This document shows, one piece after another, positions 35,215 to 44,560 of a stretch of DNA of 60,234 bases. The DNA is taken from the IMG/VR virus record IMGVR_UViG_3300037488_001588, positions 1 through 60,234 of that record. One strand, written 5' to 3'. Each line of letters begins with the position of its first letter. Within the stretch, counting starts at the first letter, position 1. The stretch is from a virus (Duplodnaviria; Caudoviricetes). The notes beneath the pieces were generated by a model. That model was not told where the DNA came from. It did not search any database and saw nothing but the letters and a program-made list of their open reading frames with translations. Position numbers and translations under genes: made by a program.

Positions 35215-37329
35215 CTACAACAACATGAGGAAGTTACCGCCGGAAGTTCCCGCCGCAGGGGCCGTGAACACCCAGCCAGAATTATTGCTGCCGTCAGTGC
35301 TGTTAGCCCCAGCGTACCATGTAGCGCCGCTGCTTGTGGCGGTACTCCTGCTGATAGTCAGGTAGTCGGCACTGACAGTCCCTGTACTCTTGAACAGTGT
35401 GTGAGACGCGGCGGTGGCGCTCTGTATCGTAACCAGATTTCCCAGCGTTCCGCTCACACTCCAGTTGGTGATGGTCTGCGTCGTGCCCGCAGTAAACGAG
35501 AACGTAGTTGGCTGAACGGAATTGGATAGCGTCCCAATCGTATTGCTTCCGGTAACGACAAGCGCACCGGCCCCCGCGTTGTCCACCGTTATCCCACTGT
35601 AGTTGCCGCCGCCCCCGGCAAAGGTTTTGGACGACGCAGAGTCTAGCGCGATAGTGCCTGTGCCGGTGACGGTCATTCCGGAGGAGGTCACAGTCCACGG
35701 CGCGGTGCCGCTGATTGTCCATGTGCCGGACCCGATGACGATTGCGCGTGTGGCTGTGCCGGAATCGGCCCGGACGCCCCCCGCCGCGTCCGTCAGCGTG
35801 ACGTTGAAGCCGTTCGCGTCAAACGTACCCTGAACTACCGCCACCCCATCGTTAGACGCCTTAGAACAGGTAAAATTGTCTTGCAGTTCAACAATGGTAG
35901 AGGGCGCGTTTACCAGCACGCCCGCAGTTGAAGTAATTCCCGCAGACGTAAACAACTGAGTTGTTCGTCCATAAAAACCAAAACTTTGGCGAAACGCGGT
36001 GCCGGCGAACGAGCAGCCGGTGCCAAATATCAGGTTGCCATATATTTGCACACCAAAATCAGGAAAAGTTTTAGGTGACGGCGATATGGAGAGAATCATG
36101 TCGAAGATGGTCACGACCCGCGCCGACATGTCCAGCGTTCCGATATACGGCGGTGTGTCGGTACTGAACGTCACCGTCGCGCCGTCATTCAGACCCGTTG
36201 TGCTGAAGATGCAGGTATCTTGGGGAAGCGGGAAGTTAGCGGCGGAAGGTGTTCCGATGGAGGTCAGCGCCCACGCTGTCGCTGTCCACAAACCGCCCGC
36301 AGCCAGATTCCAATACACCGTCTTCGGCGCGGTAAATGTGACGCCTGAATTACCTTTGCAGTCGCCAAGGCTGCTCCCCGAAATAGGCGCTGCTGAGCCT
36401 GCAATCGTAATATCGCGGAAATCAACATTATCACCGGAAAAAGCGTTGCATGTCAGCGTTACTGCGGTGCCTACCGTAGCCGAACGCAGGAAAGACCGTT
36501 TGGCGAGTGACGCACCTGTGGATATTGAAAGTGTCCCCGTGATTGTGACTCCCCCCGGCGAAGACACGACCACGTCCCGAAAATTAAAAGTTGTGGACGT
36601 AAACGAAAGATTTCTGAACGTGCCTAGATTAGACAAGTTGGGCGCGCTGGCGGCGGCAGTGATATTTACATCGTAATAGGTCTTGCTATTAAAATTTACG
36701 GTGCCGGTCGCGCTAATATTCAACACCGACGTGCCAGCGTTAACCGTTGTCGTCCCGGTAGAGCTATCGGTATACCCATTCGTAGATATCGTGCTGGAGC
36801 CCAAATTCAGGGTTTTTGCTGACGCGCCGGTAAGTTGAAACGTCCCCGTGGCGAGTGTCAGGTTGTAGTTTCCGGTACCGAACGTGCCCGCTGAAAGCGC
36901 CGACGTTCCCGATCCTCCAACTGTCAGCGCACTGCCGAGAGTCCACTCGCCACCTACACCACTGAAAATTATTGACGGCGCAAAACTCACGCCGTTTGTA
37001 GTGACGGTTCTTCCGGTGGACGTGGAAGAAAAAGTGATCGTCCCGGTGCTTGTCCAGAGCGTGCCGGACAACAGCGACATCGACCCGCGAATGTTTAGCG
37101 TTGGCGACGTGCCCGTGGCGAACGTCACCGTTCCAGCGGATACGGTAATGTCGAGGCACGCAAGGGCACCCGTCATCGTTACGGTGTAGGTGCCTGCCTG
37201 ATCGAAGAACACATTGTCGGCAACGGTGGGAACGGAGAAGCCGCTACTCCCACCAGACGCATCAGACCAGTTTGTCGTGGAAGAAGTATTCCACGTTCCG
37301 GCACCGCCTACCCAGTACCTGTCGGCCAT
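35215..37329 (-). CDS. Adhesin-like beta-helix/solenoid protein (receptor-binding or decoration)
   Basis: 704 aa, Thr/Ser/Gly-rich; YWVGGAGTW...NWS..SGG...VPT..D.V.FD and a second YW...G.W copy; visibly lower GC. Confidence 0.7.
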   Translation of the reverse strand: MADRYWVGGAGTWNTSSTTNWSDASGGSSGFSVPTVADNVFFDQAGTYTVTMTGALACLDITVSAGTVTFATGTSPTLNIRGSMSLLSGTLWTSTGTITFSSTSTGRTVTTNGVSFAPSIIFSGVGGEWTLGSALTVGGSGTSALSAGTFGTGNYNLTLATGTFQLTGASAKTLNLGSSTISTNGYTDSSTGTTTVNAGTSVLNISATGTVNFNSKTYYDVNITAAASAPNLSNLGTFRNLSFTSTTFNFRDVVVSSPGGVTITGTLSISTGASLAKRSFLRSATVGTAVTLTCNAFSGDNVDFRDITIAGSAAPISGSSLGDCKGNSGVTFTAPKTVYWNLAAGGLWTATAWALTSIGTPSAANFPLPQDTCIFSTTGLNDGATVTFSTDTPPYIGTLDMSARVVTIFDMILSISPSPKTFPDFGVQIYGNLIFGTGCSFAGTAFRQSFGFYGRTTQLFTSAGITSTAGVLVNAPSTIVELQDNFTCSKASNDGVAVVQGTFDANGFNVTLTDAAGGVRADSGTATRAIVIGSGTWTISGTAPWTVTSSGMTVTGTGTIALDSASSKTFAGGGGNYSGITVDNAGAGALVVTGSNTIGTLSNSVQPTTFSFTAGTTQTITNWSVSGTLGNLVTIQSATAASHTLFKSTGTVSADYLTISRSTATSSGATWYAGANSTDGSNNSGWVFTAPAAGTSGGNFLMLL

Positions 37330-37502
37330 TAAAGGTCCTCCGGCTCCGGTAACGGCGCGCTTACAATCTCAATCCAGCTATCACGACGCTGCTCCTTGAG
37401 GGCGTCTATTGCGGCGTCTGTCATGCCGTGATCTTCAGGCAAGTGTAGAGCGTCTCTGAAGACTCCGTATGCGGTAGAATATTCAAAATCAATCTTGACC
37501 AT
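37329..37502 (-). CDS. 57-aa acidic hypothetical protein, absent from the ORF track
   Basis: MVKIDFEYSTAYGVFRDALHLPEDHGMTDAAIDALKEQRRDSWIEIVSAPLPEPEDL; TAATG coupling to the next gene. Confidence 0.7.
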   Translation of the reverse strand: MVKIDFEYSTAYGVFRDALHLPEDHGMTDAAIDALKEQRRDSWIEIVSAPLPEPEDL

Positions 37503-37503
37503 G

Positions 37504-38046
37504 TTACGACTGTGTCGTTACCGCGACGACATCCCAAAAGGATTCGTCTGAGTTATAAACGCACCCGACGTAAGTTACTTTGCTTGCGGTAGTCGTAGTC
37601 GGGAGAGTTACGCCGATGGCCCTGAATGACCCGGAGCCTGCCACCGTCCAAGTCAGAAGTCGTGGCGTGCCGTCATCCTTGAACCGAAATAGAAGTTTGT
37701 CGCCGTTGAGAGGGGTTCCTCCGGTTGCCGCGTTTATAGTAAGCCCCACGGCCAACGCCGTGAACACGTAAACATCAGCCGTTGCAATGCTTGGCGTGAC
37801 CGAAGACGCCGACGCCGCAGACGATGCGCGCGGGTCGATTCTTTTAGCTGTCAGCGTTTGCGTGTCCGTCGTGCCGACTATGGCCCCCGTTGGCGCGGGC
37901 AGTTCCCCAACGATCCCGGCGTTGTCGTATAGAATGCGCCCGGTCGTGCCGTTGACGATGGGGCTCGTGCCGATAGTAATATCACCGCCGCCGCCGCCGG
38001 CCTGCGTGATCGTTAGGCCGCTGCCGGAAAGAGATAGCCCGCTCAC
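37504..38046 (-). CDS. Virion appendage protein
   Basis: LYDNAGIVGELP, VGTTDTQTLT.K, GTP.NG.KL..R.KDDGT.R.LTW fibre-type motifs. Confidence 0.65.
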   Translation of the reverse strand: MSGLSLSGSGLTITQAGGGGGDITIGTSPIVNGTTGRILYDNAGIVGELPAPTGAIVGTTDTQTLTAKRIDPRASSAASASSVTPSIATADVYVFTALAVGLTINAATGGTPLNGDKLLFRFKDDGTPRLLTWTVAGSGSFRAIGVTLPTTTTASKVTYVGCVYNSDESFWDVVAVTTQS

Positions 38047-38696
38047 AGGCTCACGCTCCCAGACTGGATAATAGTTGCCGTCGTGGAGCCCGCGCCGCTA
38101 TTCAACAGAACACGAACATAGCGGGGGGTGAAAGCGTAGTTAGTCTGCTGCGCCGTGGTAGCCGCGACGACCTCGGTGTCGGCGCTGTCAATCCACGTCA
38201 TGCTGGCCGCCGTTGTGGGGTTCGTCGGGTCGTTGGGGTCATCCAGCGACTGCTGAAGGGTGTAATTGACCGTCCCGCTGACGTTAAGCTGAACAGCAAC
38301 GGCCGGAAGCGCCCACGGGTCCAACATAACCCACGGGCTAGCCGCCACGTCGTTCGTGCCGAGGGACAGGTTGCCGGTCAGCGCCGCGCTGCAGTAGGCG
38401 CTCGTCACTGTCTTATAGTCGAGGACGGATGCCACGGTGCTGTTGTTGACCAGCGTCAACGTCTCGCTGACCGAACTCCCCGACCAGTTGGTGCCGGTCA
38501 TCGTGACGGTTTTGGTGGTCTCGTCGGCCGTCGTCGTGAACAGGACACGACGCGCGTTGTCGAACGTGGCCACGCCGCCGCTGACGAGAGAGCCGTTGAG
38601 TACGACCGCGCCGGCTGACGCCACGCCCGACGCGGTGCGGACGTTGGTAGCGCTGGCCGTCGTAAGAGGGCCTACTGTGACTGTGATAGGACGCAT
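38043..38696 (-). CDS. Virion structural protein
   Basis: 217 aa, beta-rich, in structural operon. Confidence 0.65.
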   Translation of the reverse strand: MRPITVTVGPLTTASATNVRTASGVASAGAVVLNGSLVSGGVATFDNARRVLFTTTADETTKTVTMTGTNWSGSSVSETLTLVNNSTVASVLDYKTVTSAYCSAALTGNLSLGTNDVAASPWVMLDPWALPAVAVQLNVSGTVNYTLQQSLDDPNDPTNPTTAASMTWIDSADTEVVAATTAQQTNYAFTPRYVRVLLNSGAGSTTATIIQSGSVSL

Positions 38697-38764
38697 TCAG
38701 GTTTTCCTTTCCCGGCGCGCCGCGATCACGTCATCAGAAGCACGCCTCCAATTGAGGCATAAGA

Positions 38765-39049
38765 CTAGTGCGAGGAGCCGTCGGTCTTGCGTCCGGCCGG
38801 CGCATTGCCGACGCGGGCCGACGAGAACGGGCTGGCGTTGGAGCCGGTGCGCCCGCCGCTCTTGCGCGGCATGCGACCACCGTTTTTCATCGGCGCGTCG
38901 CCGTCCACCTTGCCGCCGCTCTTGCGAGCCTTGGCCGGTCCGGTGATCTTCGGCGCCTTGTTGCGCCCGACCGGCATCGGCTCGTGCTTCCAGTCCTTGT
39001 CGCCCTTGGCCGGACCCGAGGTGCCCGGACCCATCTTACGTCCCTTCAT
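38765..39049 (-). CDS. Small basic protein with three xKxGG motifs
   Basis: RKSGGKV, MKNGGRM, RKSGGRT; AGGAG RBS before ATG 39049. Confidence 0.65.
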   Translation of the reverse strand: MKGRKMGPGTSGPAKGDKDWKHEPMPVGRNKAPKITGPAKARKSGGKVDGDAPMKNGGRMPRKSGGRTGSNASPFSSARVGNAPAGRKTDGSSH

Positions 39050-39059
39050 GATCCTGCTC

Positions 39060-40097
39060 CTACGTCGGCTTGACGGCGTTGCCGTTGGTGGCCGCAGTCG
39101 GCGAGCCGCCATTGACATACATGTTGGCGAGGGCGTTGGTGTCGCCCCAGTTCGTGCTGCTGTCACCAATGAACACACAGTTGTCCATCAGCAGCAGGCC
39201 GCCCGGCGAGGCGTTGGTCATCGACGCGATGACGGTCTGGGCCGTGCCGCCGCTCGACATGGCGTTGACGAACTTGCAGCGATCGAAGATCTGGTCGCGA
39301 TCCATGCAGCTGGCGCCCGTGCCGAGGATGCTCAGCACGCCGGCATTGGTGGCCAGCATCGGGAAGACGCAGTTGCGGAACACGTTGCGAGGCGTGCCGG
39401 CGGCGAACTCAAGGCTCGCGTTGGCGACCGTGCGCGCGGTCGTATCGAGACCGATGACGCAGCCGTCGAAGGTGTTCTCGCCGGTCGACCCGCTGACGAG
39501 AAGAGCGCGTGCGCCCGTGCCCTGCGCGGAGGCAGCGTCGCCGAAGCCGCCGAACTGGACGTTGGAGTAGTAGTTGCGACCGCCCGTGTCGGACCAGCCG
39601 ACCATGCTGGCGCTGCCGGTCGAGAAACCGACGTACGTCGAGATGTTCGAGAAGATGCAACCCTGCGCCGTGACCGACACGAAGACGTCGGCGTTGAACG
39701 TGGTCGCGGTGTAGGTGCCGGTCGGCGGCGCGAGGCGGGCGCGGGCGGCGAAGGCCGTCGGAGCAGCCATGCCGACGATGTGGCAGGCGGCCTTGGCCCA
39801 GACCAGCGTGCCGGTCGTGGCCGTCGAGTCGGCGATCTGCGCGTTGGCCAGCGAGAGACGCTGCGTGGCCGTCGTGCTGCCGTCGCCGACGATGACCGCG
39901 ACGTCGTTCTGGCCTGCGGTCATCCTGACCTGAGCCATGTAGAGCGTCTTCAGCGGCGCATCGGCCGCTCCGCTGTTGCCGTCGCCACCGTTGACGTAGT
40001 CGACGAAGAAGACGTTGCCCGTGGTCAGAGGGAGACCGGACATCCCCATCGTGGGGACGCCGGCAACCTCAAGACCGCTCAGATGCGTGACACCCAT
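39060..40097 (-). CDS. Head decoration / beta-helix protein
   Basis: Directly after the major capsid gene; FFVD...G.D.NSG....PLKTL and repeated F..C beta-helix pattern. Confidence 0.6.
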   Translation of the reverse strand: MGVTHLSGLEVAGVPTMGMSGLPLTTGNVFFVDYVNGGDGNSGAADAPLKTLYMAQVRMTAGQNDVAVIVGDGSTTATQRLSLANAQIADSTATTGTLVWAKAACHIVGMAAPTAFAARARLAPPTGTYTATTFNADVFVSVTAQGCIFSNISTYVGFSTGSASMVGWSDTGGRNYYSNVQFGGFGDAASAQGTGARALLVSGSTGENTFDGCVIGLDTTARTVANASLEFAAGTPRNVFRNCVFPMLATNAGVLSILGTGASCMDRDQIFDRCKFVNAMSSGGTAQTVIASMTNASPGGLLLMDNCVFIGDSSTNWGDTNALANMYVNGGSPTAATNGNAVKPT

Positions 40098-40139
40098 AGT
40101 CGTATCCTTTCGACCGCCGTCAGTGGGCGGTTCTCAAGC

Positions 40140-41054
40140 TTAGGAGGTCGGGAAAGAGCCGTAGATCGAGCGCCAGTTGTAGTAGGCGAACGAGTAGCGC
40201 TCGTAGCCCTTGACCAGCAGGTTGTCGGTGATGAAGTCCACCTGCATGTCGGTCTCGAACTTGATGCGCTCCATGTAGGAGAGCCCGGCAATGTTCGTGA
40301 GCAGGAACCACGGGAAGGCCGAGGTGAGGAAGTCCATCACCATGTAGCCTTCCGGCAGGCCGTTGGCCACGAAGCCGATCGCGTTGATGTCGTTGTCGGC
40401 CGTGCCGGGCCGCAGCTCGGTCTTGGTCAGACGAACGGCGACAGGCTCGTTCTGCGGCGCGATGATCAGCTTCCGGGCACGCGCGAAGGTCTTGAGGCCG
40501 GCGATGTCGCGGAAGTTCGTGCGGATCGAGATCTGGCCGTTGAGCAGCGACGCCTCGTTGAGGTCGACGTCGATGGTCGGACGGTTGGCGACCGTGCTGC
40601 CATCGATCGGGTGAGCGGTGGAGCAGAGCGCCACGCCGTCGCCGCCGATGTTCGCGTTGTAGGTCGTCGCCGTGTTGAAGAGGTTCGCGCCGTAGATTTC
40701 CTTGGTCTGGTGGAAGCTCTCCATCAGGCCGAGGTTCGACGGGTTGAACTGGCTCTTGTAGAGGTTGTCGTCGATCGCCTTGCGGGTCATCGCGTACCCG
40801 AGAGCGATCTCGATGTGCTCCTGATTGTAGACGAAGCGCTCGCCTGCGCCGTTGTCGAAGGCGGTCTGGCCGCCTTCGGTCTTCAGCTGCGCGAGACCGA
40901 GGTACCGCATTTCGGCGGTGCGCTCCAAGGCCATCTTCGAGTCGTACTTCGTGAAGACCTTGTCGTACTGCGAGGGGATCTGCTCGTACTTGCCCTCGAC
41001 ACCACGAAGGCCCGGGAGCAGCAGATCCTTGATCTGGGAGAGATTGACGACCAT
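40140..41054 (-). CDS. Major capsid protein (Mu gpT-like HK97 fold)
   Basis: 304 aa; LLPGL, K.EG, ALG...T..AIDDNLY, GGDGVALCSTAHP, KLI..P, RYSF...NWR..YGS. Confidence 0.85.
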   Translation of the reverse strand: MVVNLSQIKDLLLPGLRGVEGKYEQIPSQYDKVFTKYDSKMALERTAEMRYLGLAQLKTEGGQTAFDNGAGERFVYNQEHIEIALGYAMTRKAIDDNLYKSQFNPSNLGLMESFHQTKEIYGANLFNTATTYNANIGGDGVALCSTAHPIDGSTVANRPTIDVDLNEASLLNGQISIRTNFRDIAGLKTFARARKLIIAPQNEPVAVRLTKTELRPGTADNDINAIGFVANGLPEGYMVMDFLTSAFPWFLLTNIAGLSYMERIKFETDMQVDFITDNLLVKGYERYSFAYYNWRSIYGSFPTS

Positions 41055-41066
41055 GGGTGCGGCTCC

Positions 41067-41702
41067 TTAGCTGATACCGGTGGGGCCTGCGCCGTTGTTG
41101 CGCATCCACTCGTTGTTGAAGCCGACGATCACACGGTTGTAAGCGGACGCCGGGTCGGAGCCGGGGCCCGCGTTGTAGTCGGCGCCGAGGCCGATCAGAC
41201 CACGCACGATGAACGGGAAGGTAACCGTGGTGGCGAGCGAGTTGAGGTATGCCCCCGACAGGCCGGTCGACGTGTTGCCGGTGCCGATCGCGAACTGCGC
41301 ATACTGGCCGATCGGCGAGCTGGTCATCGTGGTCGGCGTGCCGGTGATGTTGAAGGTGGTGCTGTTGCCCATGACGACGAACTGGGCGTTCGGGTCGTCG
41401 ATGACGTACGCCTCTACGTCGCCCGTAGCGTCGGAGCCCGGCCAGTAGTTGGACCAGACGGTCCGCTTCTGGCTGGTCGACAAATACTTGCAGCCCGAGA
41501 AGATGCCTGCGAGGACTGTGGTGCCCGGCGAGCCGACGACGATGTAGCCCGTGGCCGTGCCGATGACCGGCATGACGGGGTCGCCGTTGTAGATCGCAGC
41601 CGCATTCGATGCGACGCGACGGACGGACTGGTTGAAGGTCGGGACGCCTCCCGAGCCGCCGAAGTACTGGCTGAAGCCGAAGGGGGCATTAACATTACTC
41701 AT
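41067..41702 (-). CDS. Capsid decoration / cement protein
   Basis: N.NAPFG, IYNGDPV, G.F.GCKY, AYV.DDP...F; immediately upstream of the major capsid gene. Confidence 0.65.
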   Translation of the reverse strand: MSNVNAPFGFSQYFGGSGGVPTFNQSVRRVASNAAAIYNGDPVMPVIGTATGYIVVGSPGTTVLAGIFSGCKYLSTSQKRTVWSNYWPGSDATGDVEAYVIDDPNAQFVVMGNSTTFNITGTPTTMTSSPIGQYAQFAIGTGNTSTGLSGAYLNSLATTVTFPFIVRGLIGLGADYNAGPGSDPASAYNRVIVGFNNEWMRNNGAGPTGIS

Positions 41703-41865
41703 GACGGACACTCCTCCTTGAGGAGAGCGTCGAAGTCATGCACCGGGCCGACTGTCGTCGCGAAAAATCGCGGAGTACGTCCCGAGACGCACTATGATCT
41801 GTTCCACGATGTCAGTGCATCAAACTGTTGTAAAGCGCGATATGAGGTACTATGACGTGTTGACC

Positions 41866-42381
41866 ATGGAGATATCGCAAAAGCAGCTACCGTCCGCCGA
41901 CGAATTACGCCGGCTATTCCTGTACGACCCACGCACTGGCCGACTTACTTGGCGCATTCGACCCGGACGAAATACGCAGGCAGGCGACCTCGCAGGCTGT
42001 CTTATGTCGACCGGATATCGCCGCGTGAAAATCAAAGGCCACCCATTTACCGAGCACCGCGTTATTTGGAAATTACACTACGGCACCGAGCCGCCGCCGT
42101 ATGTCGATCACCGCAATACCGACAAGACCGACAATAGGATTGCGAATCTGCGCGAAACAACTCGTCGTCAGAATTGCCACAACAGTCGCTTATCGAAGCG
42201 TAATACATCCGGCTTCAAAGGTGTGCATTTCAACTCTCGTCGCAACCAGTTTGAAGCCAACATCCGTATCAACGGCCGACTGAAATTTCTTGGGCGTTAT
42301 GCGTCGGGCCTTGCGGCTCACGAAGCCTACTGCGCCGCCGGGCGTAAATTCTTCGGTTCGTATTTCAATTCCGGCCAGTAG
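41866..42381 (+). mobile_element. Free-standing HNH homing endonuclease with AP2-like domain
   Basis: LF.YDP.TG, HRVIW, VDHRN.DK.DNR..NLR, NTSGFKGV, LG.Y.....A..AY; antisense to the operon, lower GC; start uncertain (41794-41866). Confidence 0.88.
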
Positions 42382-42389
42382 CGCGCAGT

Positions 42390-42417
42390 GAAAAGCCCCG
42401 CTCTTTCGAGCGGGGCT
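42390..42417 (-). terminator. Intrinsic terminator
   Basis: AGCCCCGCTC-GAAA-GAGCGGGGCT-TTTC on the minus strand, between convergent genes. Confidence 0.75.
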
Positions 42418-42428
42418 CATGTAGTCGG

Positions 42429-43022
42429 CTAGTCCCGTGGTATCTCGACCGGTCCGTAGCCCTTCTTGACCGCAACGGGCGCGCCCGGATGCGTGCCGCG
42501 CTCGAACGTGCCGGCCGGCGCCGAGGCCAGCTGCTCTTCCTTCGCGCGCACCTGATTGCGTGCCGCGAGGAGATCGCGGGCCTTCACCTTGTCGGTGACG
42601 GCCTTCGGTCGCTCCATGAGCATCAGGCCGTCGAGATGGATGAAGGCCTCTGCGCTGCCGGGCGGCATCAGCTCGGGATGGCGCTCGGTCGGGACGTTCT
42701 CCCAGCCGCCACGGTCGATGACCGTGCGGTACTGCGGATCTTCCTTGTTGTAGACGGTCCAGCGCTTCCACTCGTAGGTCCACCCGTCGGGGACGACGGA
42801 CGGATCGACGTGGAACTTGTCCTCTCCCGTTGTGAGCATCGAGTCGTCGCCGAGGATCTCGGCCGTACGGGCGTCGGCTCGCGCCCGATCGTCTGCGCTC
42901 ATGCTCGACCGCATGGGCGACCGCTCAAGCGTGGGCGTCTTCTCGACCACGGTCTTCATCACCGGCTCTGCCGGTGCCTCGGTGACGTGCGAACGGGTGC
43001 GACGGCGGCGGCGGGGTTCCAT
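42429..43022 (-). CDS. Conserved-looking head-region protein
   Basis: PDGWTYEWKR...GWE.VP...HPE...GLMLMERP; TGATG coupling to scaffold gene. Confidence 0.7.
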   Translation of the reverse strand: MEPRRRRRTRSHVTEAPAEPVMKTVVEKTPTLERSPMRSSMSADDRARADARTAEILGDDSMLTTGEDKFHVDPSVVPDGWTYEWKRWTVYNKEDPQYRTVIDRGGWENVPTERHPELMPPGSAEAFIHLDGLMLMERPKAVTDKVKARDLLAARNQVRAKEEQLASAPAGTFERGTHPGAPVAVKKGYGPVEIPRD

Positions 43023-43855
43023 CAGTTCTTCCCTCTCGAAAGGTTGGCGGCGTACTCCTCCTCGGAGATGCCCGAGATCTTCGCGGCCTCGCGCTGGTCG
43101 GCGTTCAGTCGCACGGCGTTCTTGCCCGTGCTGCGCGACGGTGGCGCCGCAGCAGGCGGCGTGTCGGCCCCTCGCTCGCGGACAGCCGTGGCGGCCGACG
43201 ACGTCTGCGGCGGGTCGTCGGTGTGCGGCTCGTGTCGCGTGGCAGGGTTGATGCCGAGCACCTCCTCGACCTTGGCGTAGTACTCGGGCGTCTCCTCCCG
43301 CAGGCCGGCGCCGTTCACGGCGACGTTGTGCGCCCCGATCATGGCGGCGTACTTCTTCGGATCGCGTGCGAATTCCGGATGCTTGCGGATCCACGCAGCT
43401 GACTGCTTGGCGCCTCCGTCCTCCATGCTGCGCGCCAGATCCTCGACGGGATCGCCCGTCCTGACAGGCCCGGCGGCGGCCGGCGGCGGCGTTTCCTTCA
43501 TCGCGCGGAGGCCGAGCTGGAGCTGGTTCAGCTTGGCGGCCACGTCGGCGAGCTGGTCGTTGGCTTCGATCTCGGCATCGATATCGCCCACGCCGCGCGC
43601 GTCGCGGTACTGCTGCTTGAGCGCGTCGCGTTCCATCGAGAGCTTGTCGATCGCGCTCTCGACGATCTGCTGGTTGGTCTCGTGGACCTCGCCGCTCTTC
43701 TCGCGCAGATCGCTCGTGAGCTTGCGCTCACGGCCCTCTGCCGCGATGCGCTTGCCTTCCTCGACCTTGAGGCGCTCGCGCAGCTCCTCGATGCCTTCCT
43801 CGACCTCCTTGATGGGGCGGTCGTCTTCGCCGATCTTGATCTCTTCGCCTGCCAT
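43022..43855 (-). CDS. Putative scaffolding protein
   Basis: Acidic coiled coil; W...HP.F, EYY...E, C-terminal VRL...Q.E.AK..G.S.EEYA. Confidence 0.7.
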   Translation of the reverse strand: MAGEEIKIGEDDRPIKEVEEGIEELRERLKVEEGKRIAAEGRERKLTSDLREKSGEVHETNQQIVESAIDKLSMERDALKQQYRDARGVGDIDAEIEANDQLADVAAKLNQLQLGLRAMKETPPPAAAGPVRTGDPVEDLARSMEDGGAKQSAAWIRKHPEFARDPKKYAAMIGAHNVAVNGAGLREETPEYYAKVEEVLGINPATRHEPHTDDPPQTSSAATAVRERGADTPPAAAPPSRSTGKNAVRLNADQREAAKISGISEEEYAANLSRGKN

Positions 43856-43864
43856 GGTGATCTC

Positions 43865-44254
43865 CTAGTACACGCTGTCGGGCGACGGGATGCGCAGCTT
43901 CACTGCCTCGTCGACGAGCATGCGGCACAAAGTACCGTTGATGTTGATAGGCCAGCCGTCGGATGGCCGGATCGCAATCCAGTCTCCGACTTGAGGTCCG
44001 CCTTCTGTGAAGTATCCCTCGGTCTGCGCGAACGCGACGGGGCCCATCTTCAATATAAGCGCTGCCTTACCTTGGTATTTATCTTCCCCTCGGGTGGTCT
44101 GTGTCAAGATGATGCCCTTGGCGGTCTTCTCAGGCCGCTCATAGATGCCGATCAGGACTTGGTTGTTGTAGAGGACGAAACCGTCGAGGTTTCCGAGCTT
44201 TTTCAGAAGATCCGAACGCGGATCCGTATCATGGCGCATAGCCATCGATGACAT
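43865..44254 (-). CDS. groES: Phage co-chaperonin (GroES/Cpn10-like)
   Basis: VLI...ERPEKTAKGIILT mobile loop, ILKMGP.A, VGDWI, R.L.D. Confidence 0.85.
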   Translation of the reverse strand: MSSMAMRHDTDPRSDLLKKLGNLDGFVLYNNQVLIGIYERPEKTAKGIILTQTTRGEDKYQGKAALILKMGPVAFAQTEGYFTEGGPQVGDWIAIRPSDGWPININGTLCRMLVDEAVKLRIPSPDSVY

Positions 44255-44264
44255 CAGTGTCTCC

Positions 44265-44468
44265 TCACACTCGTTGCATGTCCCGCAGCGCGTCCATCAG
44301 AAGCTCCTTGGCTTTTTCAAGACCCGCTATGGTGCCAGCATGATACTTGTATGTCGCATGGTCTGGCAACTGTCCGGCCGCGAGCGTGTTCTTGGCTGCG
44401 CAGACGGCTTCATCGATACGCTTGGACGTCTCAAGTTCGAGAGCTTGATTGAATGTCTGGGCTGTCAT
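44265..44468 (-). CDS. Small conserved-type protein upstream of groES
   Basis: LAAG...D.ATYK...G.I.GL helical pattern; GGAGG RBS. Confidence 0.7.
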   Translation of the reverse strand: MTAQTFNQALELETSKRIDEAVCAAKNTLAAGQLPDHATYKYHAGTIAGLEKAKELLMDALRDMQRV

Positions 44469-44488
44469 TGCTTCCTCCAAAAACAGGT

Positions 44489-44526
44489 GAGCCCGACACG
44501 CAGCGAGGAGTCTGCGTGTCGGGCTC
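44489..44526. promoter_or_regulatory. Perfect 15-bp hairpin (terminator or processing site)
   Basis: GAGCCCGACACGCAG-N8-CTGCGTGTCGGGCTC; followed on the minus strand by ACCTGTTTTT. Confidence 0.65.
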
Positions 44527-44560
44527 TGTATCGCGCGACCGTTAAGCCAAACGACCGGCG

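Noticed and set aside
38697-38764. Intergenic CUGAUGA...GAAA on the minus strand resembling a second hammerhead
   Set aside because: Stem II does not pair beyond one base pair, position 17 would be G (not permitted), and stem I is poor; likely chance or a decayed remnant
41866-42381. HNH gene as part of a group I intron
   Set aside because: It is intergenic and antisense, flanking genes look intact, and no intron core was recognised
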